Shown one piece after another: positions 6,933 to 15,375 of a DNA stretch of 64,000 nt. Location: IMG/VR virus record IMGVR_UViG_3300028025_002058, positions 1,466 to 65,465 of that record. One strand, written 5' to 3'. A program made the position numbers and the translations under genes. Under the pieces are notes generated by a model, which saw only the letters and a list, made by a program, of their open reading frames with translations, had not been told where the DNA came from and ran no database searches. The DNA is from a virus. Its lineage: Duplodnaviria > Caudoviricetes. Position 1 is the stretch's first letter, and every line of letters begins with the position of its first letter.

Positions 6933-7452
6933 GCTTTGGAACCCAGAGTTTCTCCTTGTCTTTGTTGTGGTATCGTGCCATAACAAACAATAGATCTGAT
7001 AATCTATTTAGGTAAACTGGAATATTACGATTAATCTTAAAGTCATCATTGTTTTCGTGTATTTCTATTGCCATCCAAACATCTCTTTCGGCACGTCTTA
7101 CAATAGTTCTAGCATTATGTAGAGACCCAGTAGGAAGCACAAATGAGTTTAAAGGCTCTAGGTGCTCGTTATAATCATCTATAACATTCTCTAGATATGT
7201 CACTCTATCTTGTGATATAGTCATTGACTTTGATCCAGCCAAGTCTGCCCCAAGATCAAATAAGTCGTTCTGAATTCTTTCAATTATGTCGTTGTAATAT
7301 TCTGTGGCCATTCCTATTGCAGAGTTAGCTTCATCTACTGAACCTATAGCCTGAATGATAGGACTAATCTTACTTGTACGGACATTGTTGGCTAATGATG
7401 TTCCGCCATCATCACCAGTCTTTGTATAGATTCTAGTTAAATGAATAGACAT
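6922..7452 (-). CDS. pduO: PduO-type ATP:cob(I)alamin adenosyltransferase
   Basis: IYTKTGDDGGT, QNDLFDLGADLA, SFVLP, ARTIVRRAER and YLNRLSDLLFVMAR motifs all intact. Confidence 0.95.
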   Translation of the reverse strand: MSIHLTRIYTKTGDDGGTSLANNVRTSKISPIIQAIGSVDEANSAIGMATEYYNDIIERIQNDLFDLGADLAGSKSMTISQDRVTYLENVIDDYNEHLEPLNSFVLPTGSLHNARTIVRRAERDVWMAIEIHENNDDFKINRNIPVYLNRLSDLLFVMARYHNKDKEKLWVPKHEE

Positions 7453-7454
7453 TT

Positions 7455-7760
7455 TTATTTTTCTGCTTTTGCCATAATATGCTTATGGTTAATTAAAAGA
7501 TACTTATTGGATTGATCATCCTCAATCTCTGTGCCTGTGTGGTCTGGGAAATAAACTACATCCCCCACCTCAAGCTCTGGGATAGGAATCAAGTCGCCCT
7601 TATAGTTGACCTCTCCAGCACCCATGTCAATAATAGTTCCAATCTTTGGGCCAGAGTCGTTAAATACTGCAGAGATAACTAAACCAGACTTAGTAGTCTT
7701 GTCTTCTTCCTGTTTTTTTGTAACCAGTAGCATACCACCGATTGGCTTAATCATCTTCAT
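7455..7760 (-). CDS. groES: co-chaperonin GroES-like
   Basis: KPIGG.LLV...TKSGLVI...G.IIDMGAG...VGDVV.F....GTEI....YLLI. Confidence 0.9.
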   Translation of the reverse strand: MKMIKPIGGMLLVTKKQEEDKTTKSGLVISAVFNDSGPKIGTIIDMGAGEVNYKGDLIPIPELEVGDVVYFPDHTGTEIEDDQSNKYLLINHKHIMAKAEK

Positions 7761-7884
7761 CTTCTTCCGTGTCAAATAGATCATAGTCAATATCTTTTAG
7801 TTGACTAAGGCTGTTATATGTCGCATATGCAACTGCTACAAGGGCTACGATGAGCCCTACCAATGCCATTGCTTTCTTGTTCAT
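7747..7884 (-). CDS. small membrane-anchored protein (45 aa, not in ORF track)
   Basis: MNKKAMALVGLIVALVAVAYATY... plus acidic tail; ATGA coupling. Confidence 0.65.
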   Translation of the reverse strand: MNKKAMALVGLIVALVAVAYATYNSLSQLKDIDYDLFDTEEDEDD

Positions 7885-8108
7885 ATCCATACTCCTTTTG
7901 ATGCCTCTTGTCTCCATAATAAGTAAGATTTAATATACACAATACCGTATGCTATTGCTGCAAATATGAATCCATATTGCTTTGTTGTTACAGCGTATAC
8001 GATCCATAAACATTCATTTAGCATTAGGACTAGCCATCCCCAGATGGTCTTACGACCAACAAAAAATATACCTGTAACGCCAATTGCTGCTAATACATAC
8101 GACCACAT
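7881..8108 (-). CDS. half-size PnuC-like vitamin transporter (3 TM)
   Basis: GRKTIWGWL...N..W..YA....YG......Y......Y..W matches one PnuC repeat. Confidence 0.65.
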   Translation of the reverse strand: MWSYVLAAIGVTGIFFVGRKTIWGWLVLMLNECLWIVYAVTTKQYGFIFAAIAYGIVYIKSYLLWRQEASKGVWI

Positions 8109-8110
8109 AC

Positions 8111-8308
8111 TTATTCCTCAAATGATACCTGTGTAGTTGAAAGTAGATTATTGTATCTACGTTCCCATGTTTCCGCCCTTAGCTCTGCGTTTAACACTTT
8201 AGCTTCTAATTCATCTATATTGGATCTATCTAACACGCTACTGGCCTGATCCATGCCAATCTTCCTACCAACCACAAATGATAGAAATACAAAAAATAGT
8301 TCTAACAT
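8111..8308 (-). CDS. membrane-anchored coiled-coil protein
   Basis: Hydrophobic N-terminus followed by a heptad region. Confidence 0.6.
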   Translation of the reverse strand: MLELFFVFLSFVVGRKIGMDQASSVLDRSNIDELEAKVLNAELRAETWERRYNNLLSTTQVSFEE

Positions 8309-8332
8309 ATCCGCCTCTTTCTCTATCCCTTA

Positions 8333-8362
8333 ATTATATAGGAGAGTCCAGGGTTTTGTCAA
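8333..8362 (-). promoter_or_regulatory. sigmaA-type promoter of the PnuC/GroES/PduO operon
   Basis: TTGACA-18-TATAAT. Confidence 0.75.
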
Positions 8363-8420
8363 TAGAATCGTCTATTGTCCTAGTGTGTTCTTTAGCACAG
8401 TTGCCACAATCTTTACACAT
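8334..8420 (-). CDS. micro-peptide MCKDCGNC... (28 aa, not in ORF track)
   Basis: GGAG SD; CxxCxxC start. Confidence 0.45.
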   Translation of the reverse strand: MCKDCGNCAKEHTRTIDDSIDKTLDSPI

Positions 8421-8437
8421 ATATCTCCAATAAAGAT

Positions 8438-8471
8438 CCCCACCAGCCCTAATTCGTAGGGCTTAGTGGGG
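8438..8471 (-). terminator. hairpin / probable terminator
   Basis: CCCCAC..AGCCCTA/TAGGGCT..GTGGGG stem just after 8481..8696. Confidence 0.55.
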
Positions 8472-8480
8472 AATACTTAA

Positions 8481-8696
8481 TTAAACTTTCTTCGGCTTGG
8501 TTTTCTTTTGTCCAAGTACAGTCTCTCTGCGAATACCGTGCTTGTTTGTGTCGATCTTAGTTGCTGGTCTTGGACCAGAGAATCCAGATCTAAACTTACC
8601 TTGCGAAGGATTTTTTCTTGCTGCTTCTTGCGAAGTCACTGCACCAGACGGTTCATTGTTTGGTGGAGTAGTCATACCTGTACCGTTATCACTCAC
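8481..8696 (-). CDS. small basic disordered protein
   Basis: 71 aa, Pro/Gly/Lys-rich. Confidence 0.65.
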   Translation of the reverse strand: MSDNGTGMTTPPNNEPSGAVTSQEAARKNPSQGKFRSGFSGPRPATKIDTNKHGIRRETVLGQKKTKPKKV

Positions 8697-8847
8697 CTGA
8701 AATAAATCTTTCTCTTTGTTCTGGAGTTGCAGTCATACTTAGTGTAAGTCCTGCTTCTCCATCCGTAGAAACATTTAGCATGCCTCCAGGGATCACATTG
8801 ATTCCAGTTTCGCTACCGAATGATTCGCATCCGCATTCAACGCACAT
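8689..8847 (-). CDS. small protein MCVECGC... (52 aa, not in ORF track)
   Basis: Hand translation; abuts or overlaps both neighbours. Confidence 0.65.
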   Translation of the reverse strand: MCVECGCESFGSETGINVIPGGMLNVSTDGEAGLTLSMTATPEQRERFISGE

Positions 8848-8849
8848 TA

Positions 8850-9008
8850 TTACTTACCGCCGTTGCCAAGACCTGCGCCATCTTGCGATGACTTGTCTGT
8901 TGCTGGGAAAGCTGCTGCTGGTGCCTCTGTATATGACTCTGTAGCCCATACTGGTGCATCATTTACCTTTGGTGATGTAAATCCGTTTAAATCTTTTCCG
9001 TCTGCCAT
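8850..9008 (-). CDS. small disordered protein (52 aa, not in ORF track)
   Basis: MADGKDLNGFTSPKVND...GAGLGNGGK; AGGAGT SD; TGcTATAAT promoter at 9065-9073. Confidence 0.7.
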   Translation of the reverse strand: MADGKDLNGFTSPKVNDAPVWATESYTEAPAAAFPATDKSSQDGAGLGNGGK

Positions 9009-9077
9009 GTTATTACTCCTATAGGTTTGTATTTAGATGGGTCTAGAATGCCATCTATACATCTATTATAGCATTTA

Positions 9078-9200
9078 TTATTTTCTATATTTGTCGTGCC
9101 AGCACTGGTCGCAAACGCTTATATATTTGCTTTCTGTGCTTGTTAGGCGGGATGCCGTATTCTGACACCCCGCCATTTCACATAATTCTTCTCTAGGCAT
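9078..9200 (-). CDS. small zinc-finger protein (40 aa, not in ORF track)
   Basis: CEMAGC...VCDQC; TAATG coupling. Confidence 0.6.
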   Translation of the reverse strand: MPREELCEMAGCQNTASRLTSTESKYISVCDQCWHDKYRK

Positions 9201-9388
9201 TACTTCTTTTTAGTAGTCTTCTTAGGTGCAGTCTTCTTAACTGGGGCAGTCTTCTTGACTGGAGCCTTCTTCTTCGCTACTGTCTTCTTTGCTGTGCTCA
9301 CTTTTTTCACCTTTCCGTTGCCTTCGCCTTGCTCGATCATTGTCTTGACCTGTTGCTCTAACAACCATAATCTTAGTTTATTAAACAT
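9200..9388 (-). CDS. histone-H1-like Lys/Ala/Pro-rich protein
   Basis: KKAPVKKTAPVKKTAPKKTTKKK repeats. Confidence 0.7.
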   Translation of the reverse strand: MFNKLRLWLLEQQVKTMIEQGEGNGKVKKVSTAKKTVAKKKAPVKKTAPVKKTAPKKTTKKK

Positions 9389-9556
9389 TTATTTCCTATC
9401 TATCTTATAAGTAATATAGTCTATTACTTGTTTTGGTGTCCAGTCGTCTGGAAACTCAAAATTATTTATTTGATCCACTACTTGTTTTATATACTTACGT
9501 TCGAAGTATCCTTCAAGCCCATAGATCTCGTCTTGTGTCATAGTATATTCTATCAT
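9389..9556 (-). CDS. small hypothetical protein (55 aa, not in ORF track)
   Basis: Open frame MIEYTMTQDEIYGLEG...WTPKQVIDYI... Confidence 0.55.
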   Translation of the reverse strand: MIEYTMTQDEIYGLEGYFERKYIKQVVDQINNFEFPDDWTPKQVIDYITYKIDRK

Positions 9557-9607
9557 TTATATGTCAATGGGGCAAGGTTCCCCCTGCCCCACGAACAATA
9601 TAAAGAA

Positions 9608-10627
9608 TTACTTCTTTAGTGCTACCTTTAGCTTAGGGAACTTCTTGTTCCACTTTGTAGCAAGCGCATTGTATTCCTTGATATATGTAGCCTTAGCAAA
9701 ATCTGCATCTGCCTTAGCCTTTGCTGCTGCAGCATCTGCTGCAACCTTATCTGATGCACGTCCAGCCTTTTCTGCTGCTAGAGCATCTTGGGCTGCCTTG
9801 AGTGCTGAGTTGGCTGTCGCTAGCTCCGCATTCTTTGCTGCAAGTTCTGCTGCAATATCACGAACTACAATCGTAGCGCTTACAGAACCAACTGGTGCTG
9901 ATAGGCCTGTTACGGCTCCTGCTACTGTTGCATATGCAACCACTGTTACTGAGCCAGCTGCAGGAATTGCTACTGTCTGCTCTTTTGTTCCTAGTGTTGC
10001 TACTGCTGTGTCAGTTGTTAGCGCTGTTGCTAGTGCTACTCCAGAACTTGAAACCAAAGTATTAATTGTGGCTCCACCCTTTGGATTACCAAACACGTCA
10101 AATCCAGATACCTTAAGCACCTGTGATGTACCTGCTGCTGCTGATGCAGGAGCGGTTAGTGTAATTGAGTTCAAAGCACCTGCTTGTCCTTGAACGTAGT
10201 AAACTGTTGTAGTTCCAGCACGAGTGATTGATACTGATCCTACTGCTGTACTTTTAGTATATACATAAAAGTCTGCTGAGCTTCCAGTTCCTGTTGAAAC
10301 TGAAAGTGTTGATGTTCCAGATGATGCTGTTACTACTGTAGTTCCAGTTACTGCAGGAACAATTGTTGCATTAACTGCAACTGCTGTTACTACTGTTCCA
10401 GTGTCTACTGATGTTACAGCAATCTTCAATGCATCTGCTGCATCTACACTGTTGTCTGCTGGCACTGGTAGCAATACAGGAGTTGTTACTACTGTTCCAC
10501 CTGTTGCTGCAGAGTTTGCTACCGTTAGGGTAACAGTTCCAGCGTTAGCGTTAGCTGCTGGCGATACAAGCATTGTGCTAGTCAGGGCTGCAGCGATGAT
10601 TAGCGATACTTTCTTAAATGACTTCAT
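9608..10627 (-). CDS. secreted Ala/Thr/Val-rich surface protein with coiled-coil tail
   Basis: Signal peptide ending ANA; beta-rich Ig-like region (DVFGNP); C-terminal helix ending YNALATKWNKK. Confidence 0.75.
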   Translation of the reverse strand: MKSFKKVSLIIAAALTSTMLVSPAANANAGTVTLTVANSAATGGTVVTTPVLLPVPADNSVDAADALKIAVTSVDTGTVVTAVAVNATIVPAVTGTTVVTASSGTSTLSVSTGTGSSADFYVYTKSTAVGSVSITRAGTTTVYYVQGQAGALNSITLTAPASAAAGTSQVLKVSGFDVFGNPKGGATINTLVSSSGVALATALTTDTAVATLGTKEQTVAIPAAGSVTVVAYATVAGAVTGLSAPVGSVSATIVVRDIAAELAAKNAELATANSALKAAQDALAAEKAGRASDKVAADAAAAKAKADADFAKATYIKEYNALATKWNKKFPKLKVALKK

Positions 10628-10674
10628 TTAATTTATTCTCCTTAATTTTTCCACCTCTAGATGAGCGTGGAATT

Positions 10675-10908
10675 CTATTTTGTGTACGTGTTCCGCCATT
10701 GTGACGGAGAGTGAGTATCTTCTACTTCTTGTTTCATTTCAATGTCGTCGTACATTCGAACAATATGTATACATGGATCTTGACCTTCGCCAAATTCTAC
10801 ATCTTCTTGTTCAGACATTGGTAGTCCGTCGTGTGTATTGCATACAGGAGGTCCGCACCAACCTTTTTCCATGCCGTAAGCAATCCATTCATTAAATGTT
10901 ATATCCAT
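10675..10908 (-). CDS. conserved phage hypothetical protein
   Basis: W...G...GWCGPPVC.THDG.P....E...DPC.H.VR motif. Confidence 0.7.
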   Translation of the reverse strand: MDITFNEWIAYGMEKGWCGPPVCNTHDGLPMSEQEDVEFGEGQDPCIHIVRMYDDIEMKQEVEDTHSPSQWRNTYTK

Positions 10909-11201
10909 TCCGCCAGCTCCTTTAGAAGGATGTGCTTAGGCTTTGCGCCAAGTACTGTGTGGACTGGAGTTCCATCCTTAAATAATACCATAGTTGGTAT
11001 TGAACTAACAGAGTATTCCTGAGTTTTTTCTGGATTCTCATCAATATTTAACTTACCAACGAGTAGACCAGTAGATTCAGAGATCTCATCTAGGATTGGA
11101 GATACCTTTTTGCATGGTCCGCACCATTCTGCCCAGAAATCAATTAGTATGAGTTCATTTTCCTTTATAGTACTATCAAAATCTTTGTCTGTAATTATCA
11201 C
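10899..11201 (-). CDS. trxA: thioredoxin
   Basis: DFWAEWCGPCK active site and SIPT cis-Pro motif; GTG start coupled to the upstream stop. Confidence 0.95.
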   Translation of the reverse strand: MIITDKDFDSTIKENELILIDFWAEWCGPCKKVSPILDEISESTGLLVGKLNIDENPEKTQEYSVSSIPTMVLFKDGTPVHTVLGAKPKHILLKELAEWI

Positions 11202-11668
11202 TTTGACTCCACATGGGTTGGCCAATAATAACTACATGCTTCGCAACAGGTATATCCAAGTTCACGATAATCTGAATACTCATTATAAAAATAATAAGAC
11301 TCTGGATCTTTTTCGAACAACCTGCCCTTGTGTGTGTAATGAAGCTTGTCATCGCCTAACCACCATGGCTTGTCTGACTCCAGCATCATAAAGTGTTCTT
11401 GGTAGATATCATCAAATGTTTGTCTTGTGCTATTCTTATAGCCACGCATAATGATCTCTTTAATTATTGCTTCATTGTATGTAAACAGCCAGTCTTCATG
11501 GCCATTCCACATTTTTACTGCTGGATGATTTTTCCATGCACCTGAACTATAAAGTCCAGCCAAAGATTTAAGAACCTGTAGGTTCTCTACGCTTTGTTTA
11601 ATTAAACGCTTACGATCTAAATGCTTTGCTGTTTCGGCAAAGTCCGCCTCTGGTAAGAATGTTTGCAT
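11198..11668 (-). CDS. pyrimidine-dimer DNA glycosylase-like (MSMEG_6728-like) protein
   Basis: MQTFLP...LD.KRL.KQ.VE..Q...W.NHPAVKMW.G; leaderless promoter TTGACT-17-TAGAAT. Confidence 0.8.
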   Translation of the reverse strand: MQTFLPEADFAETAKHLDRKRLIKQSVENLQVLKSLAGLYSSGAWKNHPAVKMWNGHEDWLFTYNEAIIKEIIMRGYKNSTRQTFDDIYQEHFMMLESDKPWWLGDDKLHYTHKGRLFEKDPESYYFYNEYSDYRELGYTCCEACSYYWPTHVESK

Positions 11669-11706
11669 GATACCTATTCTACTAAATAGTTAAAGGCTAG
11701 TCAACA

Positions 11707-11919
11707 CTAGTCTTGCTTTTGTAACTCTTCTGCTGCTTCGTTAATCTTATCCATATACATTTGAATAACGAAGATGGTTGTCTCAGCAGCATTTGCTGCT
11801 AATGGAGCTAGTGCCTCATCTGTTTGTTGATCTTGTGGGACATTGTTAACCCATTTTTGAAATAAGGCTAACTTGATATCATCAATAATTCCCTCAAGAA
11901 TTGTTACCTGCTTACCCAT
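11707..11919 (-). CDS. hypothetical protein
   Basis: 70-aa ORF coupled to the upstream gene. Confidence 0.65.
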   Translation of the reverse strand: MGKQVTILEGIIDDIKLALFQKWVNNVPQDQQTDEALAPLAANAAETTIFVIQMYMDKINEAAEELQKQD

Positions 11920-12844
11920 TTAGTGCTCCTTGTAGGTTAATTAGCTTTCCACCAGTAATTTTTGAATTAGTTGTTGGAGTAGCAGTTTTAGAAATCAAAT
12001 CATAAATTTGAGCGTATGTTAGATTTGGTTTTGCTGCTTTAATTGTTGCCCATTGTGTGGCAGCAATTACTGTTGCTGCAGATGTTCCTGCAACGTTTAT
12101 TACTTTATTGCCTACTGTTGTTGCTCTTGTTGTTCCTAGAGCAAAGAAGTCTGTGAGGACTTGATCATGATTTGAATAGATAGCAATACTTCCTGCAGGC
12201 ATAGTTGCTCCTATGGCAACTGAGGCTGGAATGCATGCTGGCCAATCAATTTTTACATAGTCACGAGCATTACCTGTTGGCAAAAATACTGGGACTCCAG
12301 CATCCATCAAAGTCTTGATCTTACTTTCTGTAATTGGAGTCTTAGGGCAATAGTCTGAGCTTGCTGTAAGATTGTGGTGTCCTTGAGACATAGATACAGA
12401 CTGAATGTTAAATCTATCCTTATTACGAATTACCCAATCCAGTGCATTATAAACTGTTGCTTCACCAGTTGCCTGTCTTAGTCCTTTTGAATTGGCTCCA
12501 ACAATACGAACAAACACGATATTAATATTTGGATTAGTTGCGACTGCAATTGATGCCATTTCAGTTCCGTGACTGAATCCGTTACTTGAAATCCATTCAG
12601 GTTTAATTACGGAAGAGCTTACACCTTCCATTTCAGATAAACCATTTGGACATGAAGCCCATTGAGTAACGCATGCCTCAAAAAGAATTCTATCCTTGAA
12701 AATTGGAAGTGATGTATCTAATGCTGTATCAAGGATAGCAATAGTTGGGTTGCCTACAGTTTTATTCTGTACGGATGCCGCTTGTGCGGATATAGGTGTG
12801 ATTAATGAGACGGCTAATATAACCGATAGTATTTTTTTATTCAT
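11912..12844 (-). CDS. secreted subtilisin-like (S8) serine protease
   Basis: Signal peptide; triad motifs AILDT, HGTEM, AGTSAA; promoter TTGACA-17-TATTAT 6 nt before ATG. Confidence 0.9.
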   Translation of the reverse strand: MNKKILSVILAVSLITPISAQAASVQNKTVGNPTIAILDTALDTSLPIFKDRILFEACVTQWASCPNGLSEMEGVSSSVIKPEWISSNGFSHGTEMASIAVATNPNINIVFVRIVGANSKGLRQATGEATVYNALDWVIRNKDRFNIQSVSMSQGHHNLTASSDYCPKTPITESKIKTLMDAGVPVFLPTGNARDYVKIDWPACIPASVAIGATMPAGSIAIYSNHDQVLTDFFALGTTRATTVGNKVINVAGTSAATVIAATQWATIKAAKPNLTYAQIYDLISKTATPTTNSKITGGKLINLQGALNG

Positions 12845-12883
12845 ATGCTTATAATACTAAATAAAAAAGTGGCTGTCAATACC

Positions 12884-13054
12884 CTACTTATTCTTATTTA
12901 GTTTAGCATCATACCATTTACCAGCGTCCATATCTGGACCCTTTACTTTATTTTCTTCTAGCAATAAAGTAACTGCTGTATTTAGGTATTCAATTTGGAA
13001 CTGCATTCTAAGCATTTCCATCTCAAGTAATCTTATTCTGTCTGACTTTCTCAT
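12884..13054 (-). CDS. small coiled-coil protein (56 aa, not in ORF track)
   Basis: MRKSDRIRLLEMEMLRMQFQIEYL...; ATGA coupling. Confidence 0.6.
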   Translation of the reverse strand: MRKSDRIRLLEMEMLRMQFQIEYLNTAVTLLLEENKVKGPDMDAGKWYDAKLNKNK

Positions 13055-13368
13055 TCCTGACTCTCTCTATCTAGTGGAGTGGGTGCCGTTGCTAAATTAC
13101 CACACTCAACGCATTCCATATCTAGGAAATATGTTGCAATTTCATAGTTATCAAATACGGCTCTAATGTAAAAAACCTGTGATCCGCAAATGCACTCGTG
13201 TGTTGGAGTGCCACGAAGATCCATCCCTGAGACCATTTGGTCTTGACGGGCTTGCTCTACATCATTTTTATCAAAAACTAGTACGTCATACCTATTAAAA
13301 AATTGATGCACAGCTTTAGCACTAAGCAATCCTGCTATTAGTAACGATAATCGATTTGCCCACTTCAT
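13051..13368 (-). CDS. zinc-ribbon protein
   Basis: PTHECICG...ECVECG...APTP motif. Confidence 0.7.
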   Translation of the reverse strand: MKWANRLSLLIAGLLSAKAVHQFFNRYDVLVFDKNDVEQARQDQMVSGMDLRGTPTHECICGSQVFYIRAVFDNYEIATYFLDMECVECGNLATAPTPLDRESQE

Positions 13369-13382
13369 AAATCTATTATACT

Positions 13383-13949
13383 CTAGACTTCAATAATTGT
13401 AAAGGGGCCTCTTACGCTCATGATAAATTTTGCTGAAGCTTCTAAAGCCATTCTAACACGCTTACGTGGAGTCTTAATCTGTGCTGTAGAATGAAATGAG
13501 CCTAGGGCTACCTGTTGTCCGCTTCCTTCTGCCATATACATAACATCTGCTTCGCCTATGTGAAAGTCCATATCCATTGTGAATATTCTTCCAGTACCAG
13601 CAACTGCTACTAAAAAGATTCCGCCTTCATCGCCATCTTCAGTTCCAGAACCAAAATTACCGTATCCGTGCTCTTTAAAAACTTCCTTAACTGAATCAAC
13701 AAACTTAGTTCTCATAAATTTATCTAAGTTTTTATTTCCAGCAGTAGGGACATATTTTGGTGGGGTCCAATTAAATTGAAGTATCTGACCCATTCTAAAA
13801 GAGTCTGTAAAGCCAATACCAAACTGCCCAACTTTAAATACCTTTGGATCAGTTCTTTGAACGATTAAGCCAGTTTTATCATCAGATGCAGCGGCGTCTC
13901 CGCCAAGGTACACCTTGTTCTCATGGATTAGGGCTACTATACAGGTCAT
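13383..13949 (-). CDS. HslV/proteasome-beta-like Ntn peptidase
   Basis: N-terminal (M)TCIVA, GGD, KVF, G.G.T.S and GSG...ALG motifs. Confidence 0.8.
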   Translation of the reverse strand: MTCIVALIHENKVYLGGDAAASDDKTGLIVQRTDPKVFKVGQFGIGFTDSFRMGQILQFNWTPPKYVPTAGNKNLDKFMRTKFVDSVKEVFKEHGYGNFGSGTEDGDEGGIFLVAVAGTGRIFTMDMDFHIGEADVMYMAEGSGQQVALGSFHSTAQIKTPRKRVRMALEASAKFIMSVRGPFTIIEV

Positions 13950-13968
13950 ATATACCAGTATACTATTT

Positions 13969-14298
13969 TTAAAATTCTCTGTCCAGTGACTCTAAATCCT
14001 CTATATGGTGATCAATAAAAGACAATTTAAGCATAGTTTCCTCAAGCTCAGATTTGACTGATATTAGCTCCTGAATGGCATTATAATATTTATCTTTCCA
14101 TTCGGTCAAATCACGCTCAAGTTTATATAGCGATATCTTTAGATCTTTAATTTCTAGCTTTAATTGATCCTGCTCACGCTCAGCCTGACGAACTTTTTCT
14201 TTCCTGTTGTCTCTTAAGCCAGCAATAATTGCCGTTCCCATTCCGCTCAAAATAGCTGCAGAAATAGCAATTATAATAGATGTATAATTTAGATTCAT
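13969..14298 (-). CDS. membrane-anchored coiled-coil protein
   Basis: N-terminal TM helix followed by long heptads. Confidence 0.7.
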   Translation of the reverse strand: MNLNYTSIIIAISAAILSGMGTAIIAGLRDNRKEKVRQAEREQDQLKLEIKDLKISLYKLERDLTEWKDKYYNAIQELISVKSELEETMLKLSFIDHHIEDLESLDREF

Positions 14299-14327
14299 GA
14301 TAAACTAATTATACAGTAATATGATGC

Positions 14328-14564
14328 CTAAATAAGAAGCTCAGATGCTGTGATTTCGTTACCTAAATATCGCCTTTTAATAATAAACTCCTTGACATGG
14401 TCTGGCCCGTTAGATCTTCCAGATAAAATTACAACCCATCTAGGTTCTAGTTTAGCAGAACTACATGTCTCACATACCAATAGGTTAATTGGCAATAGGG
14501 AAGACTTCTTAACATCTAATTTATTCTTTGACTTATTGCAACTGTAACATAAAATTTTTTCCAT
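14328..14564 (-). CDS. zinc-finger protein
   Basis: CYSC...CETC...EPRW. Confidence 0.7.
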   Translation of the reverse strand: MEKILCYSCNKSKNKLDVKKSSLLPINLLVCETCSSAKLEPRWVVILSGRSNGPDHVKEFIIKRRYLGNEITASELLI

Positions 14565-14764
14565 TAATTTGATTCCTCAATATGCTTAAATACTATCTCG
14601 TCTACTATAGTAAAATCTTCATTTTCCATAAGTTCGCTGTACTCTATTCCATCTTCTTTTTTATAGTTAACAATGGATGCATATGCACCAAGACTTTCTA
14701 CTGTTCCGTGACATTGTTCTGAATGAATAAACACAATATGTGTTGTATCATAGTACTCTTTCAC
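14564..14764 (-). CDS. hypothetical protein
   Basis: 66-aa ORF in operon. Confidence 0.6.
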   Translation of the reverse strand: MKEYYDTTHIVFIHSEQCHGTVESLGAYASIVNYKKEDGIEYSELMENEDFTIVDEIVFKHIEESN

Positions 14765-15074
14765 TAGGCTTGCCCTCCAACTCGCATCTTACTCCATATG
14801 ATTCAAGCAGGCGCTTGATTTTTGTTACATAATCAATAACCATTTCTTTTTTAGTTCCTTCAAACTGTAAAAAATTATCTTCATATAGTCTTAATGCTAG
14901 GAAGTCTGGATACATTACAACATCCATTAGAAGCATTGATGGCTTCTTGACTTGGTGTACTGCCTTTTTCATCTCTTCGTTATAAAATACTGGCTTATTT
15001 GGCTCACCAGTCCACTGGTTAATGCCATACTTAAAATGTTTTCTTAAAGCCTCTTCGCTTTTGTCAATGAACAT
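14748..15074 (-). CDS. hypothetical protein
   Basis: 108-aa ORF downstream of whiB. Confidence 0.7.
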   Translation of the reverse strand: MFIDKSEEALRKHFKYGINQWTGEPNKPVFYNEEMKKAVHQVKKPSMLLMDVVMYPDFLALRLYEDNFLQFEGTKKEMVIDYVTKIKRLLESYGVRCELEGKPSERVL

Positions 15075-15375
15075 TTTTCTTTTTCAACCTCTTCCAGGTA
15101 TCCGCTGTTTTATGTAGATTTTTAGATTTATCTATAGATCCTGAGCTAAGGTAAACTCCACCCCAGATTCCATATTCATTTCCCTCTACTCCAGTTTCAT
15201 AACACATATTAATAACTGGACAACTTAAACACATCTCGTCAATGTTCTTTGCAATATTTGAATCAGCTTCATATTTTTCATAAAATAAATTAGTGTCCAT
15301 TCCTCTACATATAGCAAGGTGGAACCAATCTAGATCATCTGTATCTATGCCTAATTCATTTAAAATGTCTGACAT
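15064..15375 (-). CDS. whiB: WhiB-family Fe-S transcription factor
   Basis: AICRG.D..LF...CLSCPV...C...G...YGIWGG; start at MSDIL. Confidence 0.9.
   Translation of the reverse strand: MSDILNELGIDTDDLDWFHLAICRGMDTNLFYEKYEADSNIAKNIDEMCLSCPVINMCYETGVEGNEYGIWGGVYLSSGSIDKSKNLHKTADTWKRLKKKNVH

Noticed and set aside
8309-8480. Cobalamin riboswitch upstream of the pduO operon
   Set aside because: No B12-box or GCCACTG/GGGAAG core seen, and the leader after the promoter is too short.
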